In this document: piece after piece, positions 35,989-48,285 of the stretch
Position numbering within the stretch: the first letter of the stretch is position 1
How the letters are laid out: each line of letters starts with the position of its first letter
Assembly: GCA_934747885.1 (NCBI GenBank)
Contig: CAKVHE010000001.1
Location: 445,584-509,583, forward strand
Source: an uncultured Clostridia bacterium
GTDB taxonomy: Bacteria > Bacillota > Clostridia > Christensenellales > UBA1242
Reading direction: 5' to 3'
DNA: 64,000 nucleotides
The notes under the pieces: model-generated
Seen by the model: only the letters and a program-made list of their open reading frames with translations
What the model was told of the DNA's origin: nothing
Database searches by the model: none
Made by a program: the position numbers and the translations under genes

Positions 35989-37239
35989 TTAACTCAAAAG
36001 CAGGTTGTTAAACGCTTCTTCTTTTTGCGCGCAAAACGGATTTACGCCAAACAGTTTTGCTAGAACATACAAAGATATTTGCAACAAATATACAAATTTG
36101 CCATAAAATTCTTCGTTTAGATCTTCAATTTCCACAGTTATCTGTGGCAAAATGTCCGTTTTGAACATTCCGCTTGCAACTTCACCTACTTTGCTTTCAA
36201 ACTCACCAAGTGTCATTTCGGCAAACTTGCTAGATATTCTTGTTTCGTCAAGCCCTTCCGGTTTGGCGTCAAAGTTTTCGCCTTTTAGTTCAAAATTTAC
36301 TACAAATGCTGAATTTTTGCACTTACTTCCCTTTTGAATAAACGCCTCTTTTAAGCAAAATTTGGAAAGTTTTTTGCTCTCCGGTGCTTTTTTTGCTTCA
36401 GCAAGCACTCCGTCAAACATATTTATATAAACATTTTGCAAAGCGCTTAACCTTTTGGTATTAACAGCAACCAACTGTTCTTTGGCGCGCCCACCACAAT
36501 AAACATATAACATCTTTGCCAAATTGTATGCCAAATTTTCGGCTATCGGCATTGAGGCTAGTTCGGTTTCCATCTTTTTGGCGCCCGCAATAATTTTTTC
36601 AATATTTAAACCTGCCACCATTGCCGGGAACAAAATTGCCGGCGAAAGTCCACCAAAGCGTTCCGTTAAGGTGCGTGGAAACACAAAGTTTTCGTACCCC
36701 TCACTGCTTGCAATTTCTCTAAGTTCACCGGTTGAATAATCGGTGGCAATAAAGATGTGCTTTTTGTAATCGTTATTTTTTTTGTACTTCTTTTTTAGCA
36801 AATTTTCAAACAACGCAAACAAATAACTTATGCCCACGTTTTCGGTATATTTTGATGCCACAAACACCGAATAATCTTTTCCAGACAAATATTTTATGGT
36901 GGCGTCAATTTTTTCGGCGCTATCAAAATCAGCAAGGGTCATTATGGTAATTTTTAAATCTCTTTTTGCCACACTTAGCGCACCCTTTATGCTGCACAAA
37001 ATGTCCTCAGTACCAATAACAAGCAGCACCTTAGAATGTTCCAAAATGTCCTTTGACGCCTTTTTTATGCGTGCAAATTCCGCTTTTTCTACCACATCTG
37101 GATATTTTACAAACCCCATTCCTTCCGCGCATTCTAGCGCAAAAAGTTCTTCATGCAGTTTTGGAAGTTTTTTGCCAACGCTTCCGCTCGCCAGCCCGCC
37201 AAGAGGCTTTAAATTTCTAGTTTTTATCGTTATGTCCAT
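35989..37239 (-). CDS. Glucose-6-phosphate isomerase homologue lacking the canonical catalytic/phosphate-binding motifs
   Basis: Collinear with Firmicute Pgi (EFARIKKASKDI..., LLVIG..., GVNPF...). However GIGGS is TED, SKSGTT is SKYTEN, GGRYS is ERFGGLS, ESEGK is FDGVLAE, and FDQPGVE..K is FCAQKEE. Confidence 0.6.
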   Translation of the reverse strand: MDITIKTRNLKPLGGLASGSVGKKLPKLHEELFALECAEGMGFVKYPDVVEKAEFARIKKASKDILEHSKVLLVIGTEDILCSIKGALSVAKRDLKITIMTLADFDSAEKIDATIKYLSGKDYSVFVASKYTENVGISYLFALFENLLKKKYKKNNDYKKHIFIATDYSTGELREIASSEGYENFVFPRTLTERFGGLSPAILFPAMVAGLNIEKIIAGAKKMETELASMPIAENLAYNLAKMLYVYCGGRAKEQLVAVNTKRLSALQNVYINMFDGVLAEAKKAPESKKLSKFCLKEAFIQKGSKCKNSAFVVNFELKGENFDAKPEGLDETRISSKFAEMTLGEFESKVGEVASGMFKTDILPQITVEIEDLNEEFYGKFVYLLQISLYVLAKLFGVNPFCAQKEEAFNNLLLS

Positions 37240-37372
37240 AATTTTCTCCGTAAAAAATATTATATCATATCAGCCTTGCTTTTTTCAATTTTTTACACCA
37301 AAAATTTTATGGTTTTTTTGCACAAAAAGCCCACCAACTTGTGGTGGGCTTAAAACTTTTTATCAAAAATTT

Positions 37373-38065
37373 TTACAAAAATGCAATTTGGCTAACAATT
37401 GCCATTTGCGCGGCGTAATAAAAGACATGCACCAAAACGCTTAGCACCATATTATCTTTTTTGCCACCAAATAGTTGCATACTCAAAATCATATCACTAA
37501 CCAAAAAGGCGCCAAAACCAGCCGTCATTATCCAATGACTATTTGTTTTTATGGATAGCATCAAACTAAACACGGTAGCAAAAGTTAGCACAAAAGCATA
37601 ACTTGCCGATTGCCATTTTGCCCTGCCAAAGTCTAGTTTTAAAGGTTTTGCCAACACAAATACAAGCACGCCAGCAAAAGCAAGTGAAACGCCTAGCGAA
37701 ATAAAGAATTGCACCAAGTATTCACTAAAACTACCATAAAGCAAAACCAGCGCAACCAAATATAGCAAATGTCCCATTCCAAAAGATGCCATACCGGCAT
37801 TTAAGTGTCCAAACGCATTTTGCTCATCGGTTAAATTAAGTTCCATAAAAATGTCGCCAATCAAACCAAACACTGCGCCCAAAAGCAAGTATCCAAAAGC
37901 ATCGGTATATCCCATTTTGTTTATGGCAACAATGCCCGCCATAACAAACGCAACCGAAGCCAGCGCCTTGTTAAACACCGACCCCACTGCTTGTTTGCTT
38001 GCCCTAGAAAAAATAAACAGCGTAACTAGTATGGCCTCCAAGCCATACAACCAATAAATTGACAT
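37373..38065 (-). CDS. YhhN-family (lysoplasmalogenase-like) membrane protein
   Basis: Eight hydrophobic helices, with GLIGDIFM and FLVSDMILS motifs typical of YhhN/TMEM86. Confidence 0.7.
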   Translation of the reverse strand: MSIYWLYGLEAILVTLFIFSRASKQAVGSVFNKALASVAFVMAGIVAINKMGYTDAFGYLLLGAVFGLIGDIFMELNLTDEQNAFGHLNAGMASFGMGHLLYLVALVLLYGSFSEYLVQFFISLGVSLAFAGVLVFVLAKPLKLDFGRAKWQSASYAFVLTFATVFSLMLSIKTNSHWIMTAGFGAFLVSDMILSMQLFGGKKDNMVLSVLVHVFYYAAQMAIVSQIAFL

Positions 38066-38141
38066 AATGTTCTCCTACAAACCTATGCGCAAATACAAGA
38101 GCGAACAAAACCCCGTTTTGTTCGCCCCCATAAATTTGCTA

Positions 38142-38417
38142 TTATTTAGAAATAGTTTCTTTAAAAGCTTTGCCAAACTTTAAAGTTGGAACAGTTGTTG
38201 CTTCAACTTTAACTTGAGCTTTTGTTCTTGGGTTGATAGCAGTACGTGCTTCTCTCTTTTTAGCTGAGAATGTACCAAAACCAACTAGAGCAATTTTTTC
38301 ACCTTTTTGAAGTTCTTCTGCAACTACTTCAACAAATGCATCATAAAAAGCACCTGTATCTTTAATTGTCATGTCAGCTTTTTCAGCCACTGCTCTAAAG
38401 AATTCTTGTTTGTTCAT
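38142..38417 (-). CDS. hup: DNA-binding protein HU
   Basis: 91 aa. VGFGTFSAKKREARTAINPRTK arm motif. AGGAGGA RBS. Confidence 0.92.
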   Translation of the reverse strand: MNKQEFFRAVAEKADMTIKDTGAFYDAFVEVVAEELQKGEKIALVGFGTFSAKKREARTAINPRTKAQVKVEATTVPTLKFGKAFKETISK

Positions 38418-39000
38418 AAGTTATCCTCCTAACTTTTAGTTTAAGCTCCTTAAACTACATATAGTTTAGCATAAAAAAAACATCAAAAGCAACTATTTTT
38501 ATGTCAGTTTTGCAAAAAAAGTGGCTTAATGCCTTTATTTTAGCCACTTTTTAGAGATTTTAGTCTGTTTTGCGCATAGTTTTACAATTTTTACAAGTTT
38601 TGTCAAAATTTTTCTTTTCCTAAGTCAGCCGCTTACTGCCGCGATATTTTTGCCACACAAAGTCCACCCACCTTGCCTCAATTTTAATAAAAAACCCGCC
38701 AATAATTGGCGGGCTTACCTTTTTGCGACTAGCAAATCATCTGCTACTTTTGCCCCCACTTTTAGGCTAATTTTTGACCTATAAAATTTTGCCGGCAAAA
38801 AAATGGTACATTATAATTTTTTCATTTGCAAAAAGTCTTTAAGTTTTATGTGCCTTACCACGCTAGTTGAATAATCAATCTCATCATTGGTAATAAGAAT
38901 TTTTTGTTTTAAGTCTTCCACTCCCTTAAACGCACCAATTTCGCGCGTGTAGGCAATGTTTCAGTAAATTTAGTTTTGTAAAATTATAACAAATATAAAA

Positions 39001-39026
39001 CCCTCACCGGTTTGGTGAGGGCTAAA
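39001..39026 (-). terminator. Terminator after gyrA
   Basis: Minus strand: CCCTCACCAAACCGGTGAGGG followed by TTTTAT. Confidence 0.7.
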
Positions 39027-39035
39027 TTATAACTA

Positions 39036-41549
39036 TTAAATTTCTTCTTCTGGAATTACCATGCTGTCGTTAACATCGTCACCGGCTTGGTCTTCTGCAA
39101 AATTGTCGGCAATTGCCACACAAACAATCTTGGCGCCGTCTTTAACGTGCATTATGCGCACGCCCGAAGTGGTTCGGCCAAGTTTGTTAACTTGTTTTGA
39201 AGGAACCCTAATAATAACGCCGTCGTCTGCAATAAGCATAACGTCTTCGTATTCGGTAACTTGTTTTAAGTTTACTAGTTTACCGGTTTTTTCATTAAAG
39301 ATACCAACTTTAACACCTTTTCCGGCACGGTTTTGTAAGCGGTATTCTTCTGGGTCAACGCGTTTGCCATAACCTTGTTCCGACACAGTTAAGATATCGG
39401 TGCCTGACTTAACTGCAAGCATATCTACCAAATAGTCATCTGAACGAAGATGCATTGCTTTTACACCTTTTGAGTCACGCGCAACGGTACGAACTTCTTC
39501 TTCGCTAAACTTGATGCAAATACCTTCGTGAGTGGCAACCATAATTTCGTTTCTGCCATTTGTTACAGCCACCGAAACAAGTTCGTCACCTGGGTTTAGA
39601 TCAATTGCAATTTTACCAATTTTTCTAATTACTGCGTATTCGGATAGTTTGGTCTTTTTTATCATACCTTTGCGGGTTGCTTGAATTAAAAATCCGTCGT
39701 CTTCACCGGTAAGTGGAATAATTGCCGTTACTTTTTCATTTTCTGCCAAGTTTAATAGGTTAACAATGGCTCTACCACGTGCCGATTTTTGACCTTCTGG
39801 AACTTCATAGCCTTTTAACACATAAACTTTGCCAAGGTTGGTAAAGAACAAGATGTTGTTATGAGTGTTAGTAATAAACATATTTTCAACAAAGTCTTCT
39901 TCTTTTGGTTTGTGTGCAATTAAACCCTTTCCACCGCGATTTTGTGAGCGATACTCTGCCACTGGCACGCGTTTTATGTAGCCAAAGTGCGTCATTGATA
40001 CAACCACGTCTTCTTTTTCTATCAAGTCTTCTACATCAATTTCGGTGTAGTCGGTTTGAACTTCGGTCTTACGTTCGTCGTTGTATTTTTCTTTAATTTC
40101 GGTCATTTCGGCTTTAATGATATCCAAAACTTTTTGGTCACTAGCCAAAATTGATTTTAGTTCGCTAATGGTTTGTTTTAGTTGTTCTAGTTCGGCTTTT
40201 AGTTTTTCAACTTCTAGGCTGGTCAAACGTTGCAAACGCATATCCAAAATTGCAGTTGCTTGTTTTTCGCTTAGCAAGAAGTTTGCTTGCAATTTGTCGC
40301 TTGCCTCAAACTTATCTGCCGATTGTTTGATAATTTTAATAACTTCATCAATATTTGCAAGCGCAATAACCAAACCTTCAACAATATGTTCGCGTTCTTC
40401 GGCTCTTGCCAAATCATATTTGGTACGACGTACAATTACGTCTTTTTGATGTTCCAAATAATAATGCAAAATTTCTTTTAAATTTAATATTTGTGGTTCG
40501 TTGTTTACCAGCGCCAACAAAATAACACCAAATGAAGTTTGTAAGGAAGTGTGCTTAAATAGCATATTTAGCACAACGTTTGGTTGATAATCGCGTTTTA
40601 CATCAACAACAATACGCATACCTTTTCGGTCAGATTCTTCTTTGATGTCCGCAATACCTTCGATACGTTTGTTCTTTACCAAATTTGCCATAGCAACAAT
40701 AAGTTCGGCTTTATTAACTTGGTAAGGAATTTCGGTAATAATTATGCGGTTGTGATGTTCGTCTTGTTCAATTTCGGTTTTTGAGCGGATAATAATGGTT
40801 CCGCGACCGGTACGATAGGCTTGACGCACGCCTGATTTGCCCAAAATTATACCACCGGTTGGAAAGTCTGGGGCAGGAACATAATTCATAAGTTCGTCCA
40901 CAGTTATCTCTGGGTTATCAATCAGTGCAATTGTTGCATCAATAACTTCGCCAAGGTTGTGTGGCGGAATGTTTGTTGCCATACCAACGGCAATACCGTC
41001 ACTACCATTTACCAAAATGTTTGGAAATCTACTTGGCAAAACAACCGGTTGTTGCAAAGTTCCATCAAAGTTTGGATAAAAATCAACCGTTTCTTTGTCG
41101 ATATCTCTAAGCATTTCGCTAGCGATTTTTGATAGTCTGGCTTCGGTATAACGTTGAGCTGCAGGGCTATCACCGTCCACCGAACCAAAGTTACCATGAC
41201 CATCAACTAGTGGGCAACGGATAGAAAAGTCTTGCGCCAAACGAACTAGCGCGCCATAAACAGCGCTATCGCCGTGTGGATGATATTTACCAAGAACATC
41301 ACCGACAATACGTGCACTTTTACGGTGTGGCTTGTCCGAAAACAAACCAAGTTCACCCATGGAGTACAAAATTCGGCGATGTACTGGCTTTAAACCGTCC
41401 CTAACATCAGGAATAGCACGGCTAACGTTTACCGCCATTGCATAGGCAATAAACGATTTTTTCATTTCGTCGTTTATTTCTACCGGAATAATTTTGGTGT
41501 TATCTACGATTTTTTCGTATTCTGCACTATAATCTCTTTTTTTAGGCAT
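39036..41549 (-). CDS. gyrA: DNA gyrase subunit A
   Basis: [26 protein letters not shown] (active-site Tyr), and C-terminal beta-pinwheel repeats. Start set to the ATG at 41549 (AAGGAGA RBS). Confidence 0.95.
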   Translation of the reverse strand: MPKKRDYSAEYEKIVDNTKIIPVEINDEMKKSFIAYAMAVNVSRAIPDVRDGLKPVHRRILYSMGELGLFSDKPHRKSARIVGDVLGKYHPHGDSAVYGALVRLAQDFSIRCPLVDGHGNFGSVDGDSPAAQRYTEARLSKIASEMLRDIDKETVDFYPNFDGTLQQPVVLPSRFPNILVNGSDGIAVGMATNIPPHNLGEVIDATIALIDNPEITVDELMNYVPAPDFPTGGIILGKSGVRQAYRTGRGTIIIRSKTEIEQDEHHNRIIITEIPYQVNKAELIVAMANLVKNKRIEGIADIKEESDRKGMRIVVDVKRDYQPNVVLNMLFKHTSLQTSFGVILLALVNNEPQILNLKEILHYYLEHQKDVIVRRTKYDLARAEEREHIVEGLVIALANIDEVIKIIKQSADKFEASDKLQANFLLSEKQATAILDMRLQRLTSLEVEKLKAELEQLKQTISELKSILASDQKVLDIIKAEMTEIKEKYNDERKTEVQTDYTEIDVEDLIEKEDVVVSMTHFGYIKRVPVAEYRSQNRGGKGLIAHKPKEEDFVENMFITNTHNNILFFTNLGKVYVLKGYEVPEGQKSARGRAIVNLLNLAENEKVTAIIPLTGEDDGFLIQATRKGMIKKTKLSEYAVIRKIGKIAIDLNPGDELVSVAVTNGRNEIMVATHEGICIKFSEEEVRTVARDSKGVKAMHLRSDDYLVDMLAVKSGTDILTVSEQGYGKRVDPEEYRLQNRAGKGVKVGIFNEKTGKLVNLKQVTEYEDVMLIADDGVIIRVPSKQVNKLGRTTSGVRIMHVKDGAKIVCVAIADNFAEDQAGDDVNDSMVIPEEEI

Positions 41550-41559
41550 AGTTTTCTCC

Positions 41560-43476
<1,917 letters not shown>

Positions 43477-43620
43477 CTATATTTATTTATATATATAATA
43501 TAATAACTAAATTATATCATATATAGTGCAAAAAAGGAAACAAAAAAACAAAGAATTTTGGGTTTTTTACCAAAATTTCCTTGTTTTTTTTAACAGTTTA
43601 TTAACTTTTGTTAAATTTCA

Positions 43621-44715
43621 CTATTTTTCCGGCGTGATAGCGCCATTTTTTACTCTAAATTTTTGCATAGTTTCGGCCTTTGGGTTTTTAAAAGTGGTGC
43701 TAGTTACAAACACCTGACTATCCTTTAAATACTCAATCAAAAGTTTTTGCCTTGCACTATCTAGTTCACTAAACACATCATCTAGTAGCAAAATTGGGGT
43801 TTCTTTTTCTTGCTTTATGGTGTCTAGTTCGGCAATTTTTAAACTTAGTACCACACTGCGTTGTTGACCCTGACTAGCAAAAGGCTTAACTTCTTTGCCG
43901 TTTATAAACATTTTAATATCGTCGCGGTGAGGCCCCACAGTAGTAAAGCCAACCATTTTATCTTTTTCACGATTAGCATACAAAATGCGCCTTAGGTTTT
44001 CGGTCTTTTCTTGACGAGTTTCGCCCAAAACTCCACAGTAAACTATGGACAAAGTTTCGGTTTGGCGAGATAAATACTGCATAACCTTTTCGGCATTTTT
44101 AGATAGTTTGCTTACAAAATTTTGGCGCGCCAAGGTAATTTGGCTCCCCACTATTGACATTTGTTCTTCGTACACATCAAGTTGCAAATTGGTGCTTTCG
44201 GTATTTGTTCCAAACTTTAATAGTTTATTTCTACTAGCAAGTAACTCATCGTAGCGCATAACCAGTTCGGCATAAACTTTGGACACTTGTGAGATGTCGG
44301 TATCCAAAAACTCACGTCTTACCTCTGGCCCACCCTTAACTAGTTTTAGTTCGTCCGGCGAAAAAATAACCGAATACAAATATCCATACATATCCTTCTT
44401 TTGCGATATTTTGTTTTCGTTTACATATAGTTCGTTGGCGCCGTCACGATTTATTATTAGTTTTAGGTTCTTTTTAAAATTTCCGTCATAATTTACGCGC
44501 GCAAAAATTTCCGCACTTGCTTCGCCTTCTTTAATACAATCAACTAATTTTGAGTTTCTAAAAGATTTAAACACCGAGAGCAAATACAATGGTTCCACAA
44601 GATTGGTTTTGCCCTGTGCATTTTTGCCCACAACAAAATTAACGCCCGAGCAAAAATCAACTTCGACGCTTTGGTAATTGCGATAATTGGTTAGTTTTAG
44701 GTATTCTACTTTCAT
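43621..44715 (-). CDS. recF: DNA replication/repair protein RecF
   Basis: LTNYRNY, Walker A GKNAQGKTNLVEP, signature-like SQGQQRS, Walker B LLLDDVFSELD. Confidence 0.9.
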   Translation of the reverse strand: MKVEYLKLTNYRNYQSVEVDFCSGVNFVVGKNAQGKTNLVEPLYLLSVFKSFRNSKLVDCIKEGEASAEIFARVNYDGNFKKNLKLIINRDGANELYVNENKISQKKDMYGYLYSVIFSPDELKLVKGGPEVRREFLDTDISQVSKVYAELVMRYDELLASRNKLLKFGTNTESTNLQLDVYEEQMSIVGSQITLARQNFVSKLSKNAEKVMQYLSRQTETLSIVYCGVLGETRQEKTENLRRILYANREKDKMVGFTTVGPHRDDIKMFINGKEVKPFASQGQQRSVVLSLKIAELDTIKQEKETPILLLDDVFSELDSARQKLLIEYLKDSQVFVTSTTFKNPKAETMQKFRVKNGAITPEK

Positions 44716-44819
44716 ACTTTTATTTTAGACTTTTTAACAAAAAAAGTAAACAAAAATTGGTAAGTACTTGCAAAACGTAGGTTTTTTTTATATAATATAG
44801 GAAACAAATAAGGGGCGCC

Positions 44820-46235
44820 ATGGATAAAAATTTTGAACAAAGCAATCTAGATTACAAAAAAATCTGGAACGATGCAAAAAAAATTATCAGTAGTGACTTA
44901 AAGGCACTATCTTTTGATGTATGGATTGCCAACCTCGAAGCAATTGGCGTTAGGGGCGACGCGCTAATTTTAAAATCTGCTAGCGAAGGGGCAAAGTCGG
45001 TTGTTATGAAAAACTACACCGACAAAATTAAACGAGCAGTAAATCAGGCTTCTAGTTACCTAAACTCTTTTGAGATTGTAACCGAAGATCAACTCGAAAG
45101 TGAACTGGTTTTTGCCGAAGCAAAAAAGCCGGAAGTGCCTATTGCCAGTTCTAAACAAAAAGCCGAAGCCAAAAAAGCAGACGGCTCGCGTTTGTATTAT
45201 TTTAACCCAAAATACACTTTTGAAAATTTTGTAACCGGCCCTAGCAATAGTTTTACTGTTTCGGCGGCGCGCGCAGTAGCCGAAAATCCGGGTACCAACT
45301 ATAACCCTCTCTTTATATATGGCGGCGTTGGTCTGGGCAAAACTCACATTTTGCACGCTATTGGCAATTACTTAAACGATACCAGACCAGAACTTAATGT
45401 TTTGTATATAACAACTGAACAATTTGTTAATGAATTTATAGAAACCGTTTCTAAAAACGAACTTAACCTAAACAGCGGTTTTAGAAACAAGTATCGCAAT
45501 ATTGATGTTTTGATTGTTGACGATATTCAATCAATAATTGGCAAGCCTATGGTTCAGGAAGAATTTTTCCATACCTTTAATGCGCTTATTGGAGCCAGCA
45601 AGCAAATTGTTATTTCGTCCGATAAACCACCAAAAGATATCAACCCGCTAGAAGAGCGCTTGCGTTCAAGATTTGAATGGGGGCTTATTACCGACATTGG
45701 TATACCGGCCATAGAAGAGCGTATTGCCATACTAAAAAAGAAAGCATATATGGATAGGCAACAAATTGACGACGAAGTTTTTGAATATATTGCCGAAGCC
45801 ATGACAACCAACATTCGTGAACTAGAAGGCTTTTTATCTAGATGTGTGTTTTATGCCGGTTTACTTAAAAAACCAAAAGTAACACTAGAGGTTGCCAAAG
45901 AGGCACTAAAAAATTACATCACTGCTACCAAAGCTAGTTACGACAGCGACAAAATTTTGGAAGAAGTTTGCAAGTATTTTAGTGTAAGCAAAAACCAACT
46001 ACTTGGCAAAGACCGCAAAAAAGAACTATCGTATGCTAGACAAATTTGTATGTACTTGTTTGACGAACTATTGGATATGCCGTACACCTCAATTGGCAAG
46101 TTTTTTAATAAAGACCATGCGACGGTAATTTACTGCAAAAACAAAGTTGCCAAACAAATGAAGACGGACAAACTACTAGAAACTCAAATAAAAGACATAA
46201 AAGATTTGCTTAACATTAAAAAGTTTTCAACATAG
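44820..46235 (+). CDS. dnaA: Chromosomal replication initiator DnaA
   Basis: Walker A GGVGLGKTHIL, Walker B VDDIQ, sensor and arginine finger region, and a C-terminal DNA-binding domain (KDHATVIYCKNKV). Confidence 0.95.
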   Translation: MDKNFEQSNLDYKKIWNDAKKIISSDLKALSFDVWIANLEAIGVRGDALILKSASEGAKSVVMKNYTDKIKRAVNQASSYLNSFEIVTEDQLESELVFAEAKKPEVPIASSKQKAEAKKADGSRLYYFNPKYTFENFVTGPSNSFTVSAARAVAENPGTNYNPLFIYGGVGLGKTHILHAIGNYLNDTRPELNVLYITTEQFVNEFIETVSKNELNLNSGFRNKYRNIDVLIVDDIQSIIGKPMVQEEFFHTFNALIGASKQIVISSDKPPKDINPLEERLRSRFEWGLITDIGIPAIEERIAILKKKAYMDRQQIDDEVFEYIAEAMTTNIRELEGFLSRCVFYAGLLKKPKVTLEVAKEALKNYITATKASYDSDKILEEVCKYFSVSKNQLLGKDRKKELSYARQICMYLFDELLDMPYTSIGKFFNKDHATVIYCKNKVAKQMKTDKLLETQIKDIKDLLNIKKFST

Positions 46236-46471
46236 TGTTGAAAAGTTGAAAACCCAAAGTTTTCAACAGATTTTTAACAATAGTTTATAAACTGTTTAAA
46301 CAGCAATTGTTAAAAAAACTAAAAACTTTAAACCTTTTTTCACACGGTTTTAAACCCGCGGAAAGCACGGAAAATAAAGGCTTTTAGCACTTTTTAACAT
46401 TTCAACACTGCATACTAATACTACTACTAATAAAAATAAAAAATACAAATAACCGAAGGGGAGAAACAAAA
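46224..46471. other. Candidate oriC (dnaA-dnaN spacer): box-like word cluster, DnaA-trio-like run, AT-rich tract
   Basis: TTTTCAACA/TGTTGAAAA inverted pair around the dnaA stop (46224-46244). More TTTTYAACA words at 46260, 46271, 46308 (inverted), 46391 and 46399. TACTAATACTACTACTAAT at 46413-46431 reads TAG TAG TAG TAT TAG on the other strand. An A/T tract follows at 46431-46452. Confidence 0.6.
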
Positions 46472-47578
46472 ATGAAATTTATTTGCGACGGGCTGGAACT
46501 TTCAGAGTCAATAAACAAAGTTTTAAAGGCTACTGCTATTCGTTCTACCAATCCTATTTTAGAGGGCATCAAGTTAAAAGCAGAAAACGATTCGGTAACC
46601 TTGCTTGCAACTGATCTAGAACTATCAATAGAAAACAAAATTCCTGCCGATGTAAAAATTGAAGGTGAAGTTGTGGTACAAGGCAAATTTTTTGCCGAAC
46701 TTATTCGCAAACTTGCTAACGAAAAAATTGAGATTTCTAAAAACGATAACGACAACACTATCCGCTTAAAATATACTGATAGTGAAGGAACCTTGCAAGG
46801 TATGTCGGTTAACGAATTTCCTGAAATTAAAAAGATTGATAGCACCGACCACATTACCATTAAACAAAAAGACTTTAGAGAACTTATTAACAAAACAATA
46901 TTCTCGGCAGCCTATGACGACACGCGTCCTATTTTAAAAGGTATTTTGCTTGAAGTTACCGACGGAAAACTTAACGCCATTGCGCTAGATGGCTACCGTA
47001 TGGCAATTTGTTCAAAATATTTGGTGGATAGCACTGCAAACTTTAACATTATTGTTCCAGCGCGCAGTTTGAGCGAAATAAGTAAAATTATTACCGACAA
47101 CGAAGATGATTTGGTAATTAACATTCAAAAGAATTATATATTGGTTGACCTTGGCGAAACAAAAGTTATTACCCGCCTACTAGATGGTGACTTTATTAAC
47201 TACAAACAAGTTTTGCCGGTGCAAACAAACACCACAGTAACCGTTGCCAAAAAGTATTTGGAAGAAGCCATCGAAAGAGCAAGTTTGCTTGCTAGGCTGA
47301 ACAAAAACAACCTTATTACTTTTGACATAAAAGATAAGATTTTAACTATCTCGTCCACAAGTGACTATGGTAATATCAACGAAAAGGTACCAATTAGCAA
47401 AGAAGGTAAAGATATTTTGGTGGCATTTAATGCGCGTTACTTTACTGAATGTATGAAACAAATTGAAGATGAGTATATTAAAATTAACTTTACCTCTTAC
47501 AACGCACCTTGCACCTTAACCAGCACTGAAAATAGTGAATACTTGTACCTCATTTTGCCAGTAAGAATTGGAGCATAG
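46472..47578 (+). CDS. dnaN: DNA polymerase III beta sliding clamp
   Basis: 368 aa with the three-domain clamp pattern (NPILEGIKL..., RPILKGILLE..., LDGDFINYKQVLP). AAGGGGAGA RBS. Confidence 0.93.
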   Translation: MKFICDGLELSESINKVLKATAIRSTNPILEGIKLKAENDSVTLLATDLELSIENKIPADVKIEGEVVVQGKFFAELIRKLANEKIEISKNDNDNTIRLKYTDSEGTLQGMSVNEFPEIKKIDSTDHITIKQKDFRELINKTIFSAAYDDTRPILKGILLEVTDGKLNAIALDGYRMAICSKYLVDSTANFNIIVPARSLSEISKIITDNEDDLVINIQKNYILVDLGETKVITRLLDGDFINYKQVLPVQTNTTVTVAKKYLEEAIERASLLARLNKNNLITFDIKDKILTISSTSDYGNINEKVPISKEGKDILVAFNARYFTECMKQIEDEYIKINFTSYNAPCTLTSTENSEYLYLILPVRIGA

Positions 47579-47579
47579 T

Positions 47580-48236
47580 ATGGAAACCAAAACAAAAACA
47601 AAATGGACAGACATTTATGTGTTTTGTTTGCTAGCAATAATAACGGCGTATCTAGTTTTTTTAATTGAAGAACTAGTGCGCTCGCTTATTACAAAGACAC
47701 TCTCACCATTTAGTCAAAACCTAGTGGTATCATTTGTAACAATACTAGCATGTATGCTTGCCTACTATTTGCTTATGATGCTGGAAAACAGAGGAAAAAT
47801 TGTTTTGGGCAATTGGTTAAAAGTTTTTATTTATACTTACTTTTTGCTAAGCCTAATTGTTTACAACAGTTTTAATTTGTTTACCATAAAATGGATAATA
47901 ATTGCCGTTTGCAACCTCACTGGAATTTTGCTATCTATTATTGGTGTTTCGGTTTATTACAATTATCTAAAAAACCAAAACAGTCAAGTTAGAGCAAAAG
48001 CAATTATGGTAGTGCTATTTGCCATTTGCTTTACCATTGCAGCCGGTTTAATTTTGGAACTTGGGCATTATTTGGTTACCTTAATTACCAAACAAACCCC
48101 ACTAACTTTTGTAGGTGCAATAATTAACCTTGCCTATATGTTGGTTGGTGCCGTTGCAATAAACATTTGCTTTTTGATTTCGCTTCACAAAGGCAAAAAG
48201 TTTATTAACAATTGCTTAATTTATGTTGAAAACTAA
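47580..48236 (+). CDS. Polytopic membrane protein, unknown function
   Basis: ATG 1 nt after the dnaN stop, GGAG RBS, 6 hydrophobic helices. Confidence 0.6.
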   Translation: METKTKTKWTDIYVFCLLAIITAYLVFLIEELVRSLITKTLSPFSQNLVVSFVTILACMLAYYLLMMLENRGKIVLGNWLKVFIYTYFLLSLIVYNSFNLFTIKWIIIAVCNLTGILLSIIGVSVYYNYLKNQNSQVRAKAIMVVLFAICFTIAAGLILELGHYLVTLITKQTPLTFVGAIINLAYMLVGAVAINICFLISLHKGKKFINNCLIYVEN

Positions 48237-48250
48237 ATAGTTTTATTTGT

Positions 48251-48285
48251 CCCCGCCAAGGCAATTCTTGGCGGGGATTTTTATT
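48251..48285 (+). terminator. Terminator of the dnaA-dnaN-membrane protein unit
   Basis: CCCCGCCAAG-gcaatt-CTTGGCGGGG followed by ATTTTTATTTT. Confidence 0.8.

Noticed and set aside
38760-38965. Minus-strand open frame ...IAYTREIGAFKGVEDLKQKILITNDEIDYSTSVVRHIKLKDFLQMKK... between hup and gyrA
   Set aside because: It has no start codon or RBS and no recognisable family (only a vague PIN-like LITND). It may be a gene remnant, but I cannot support a call.
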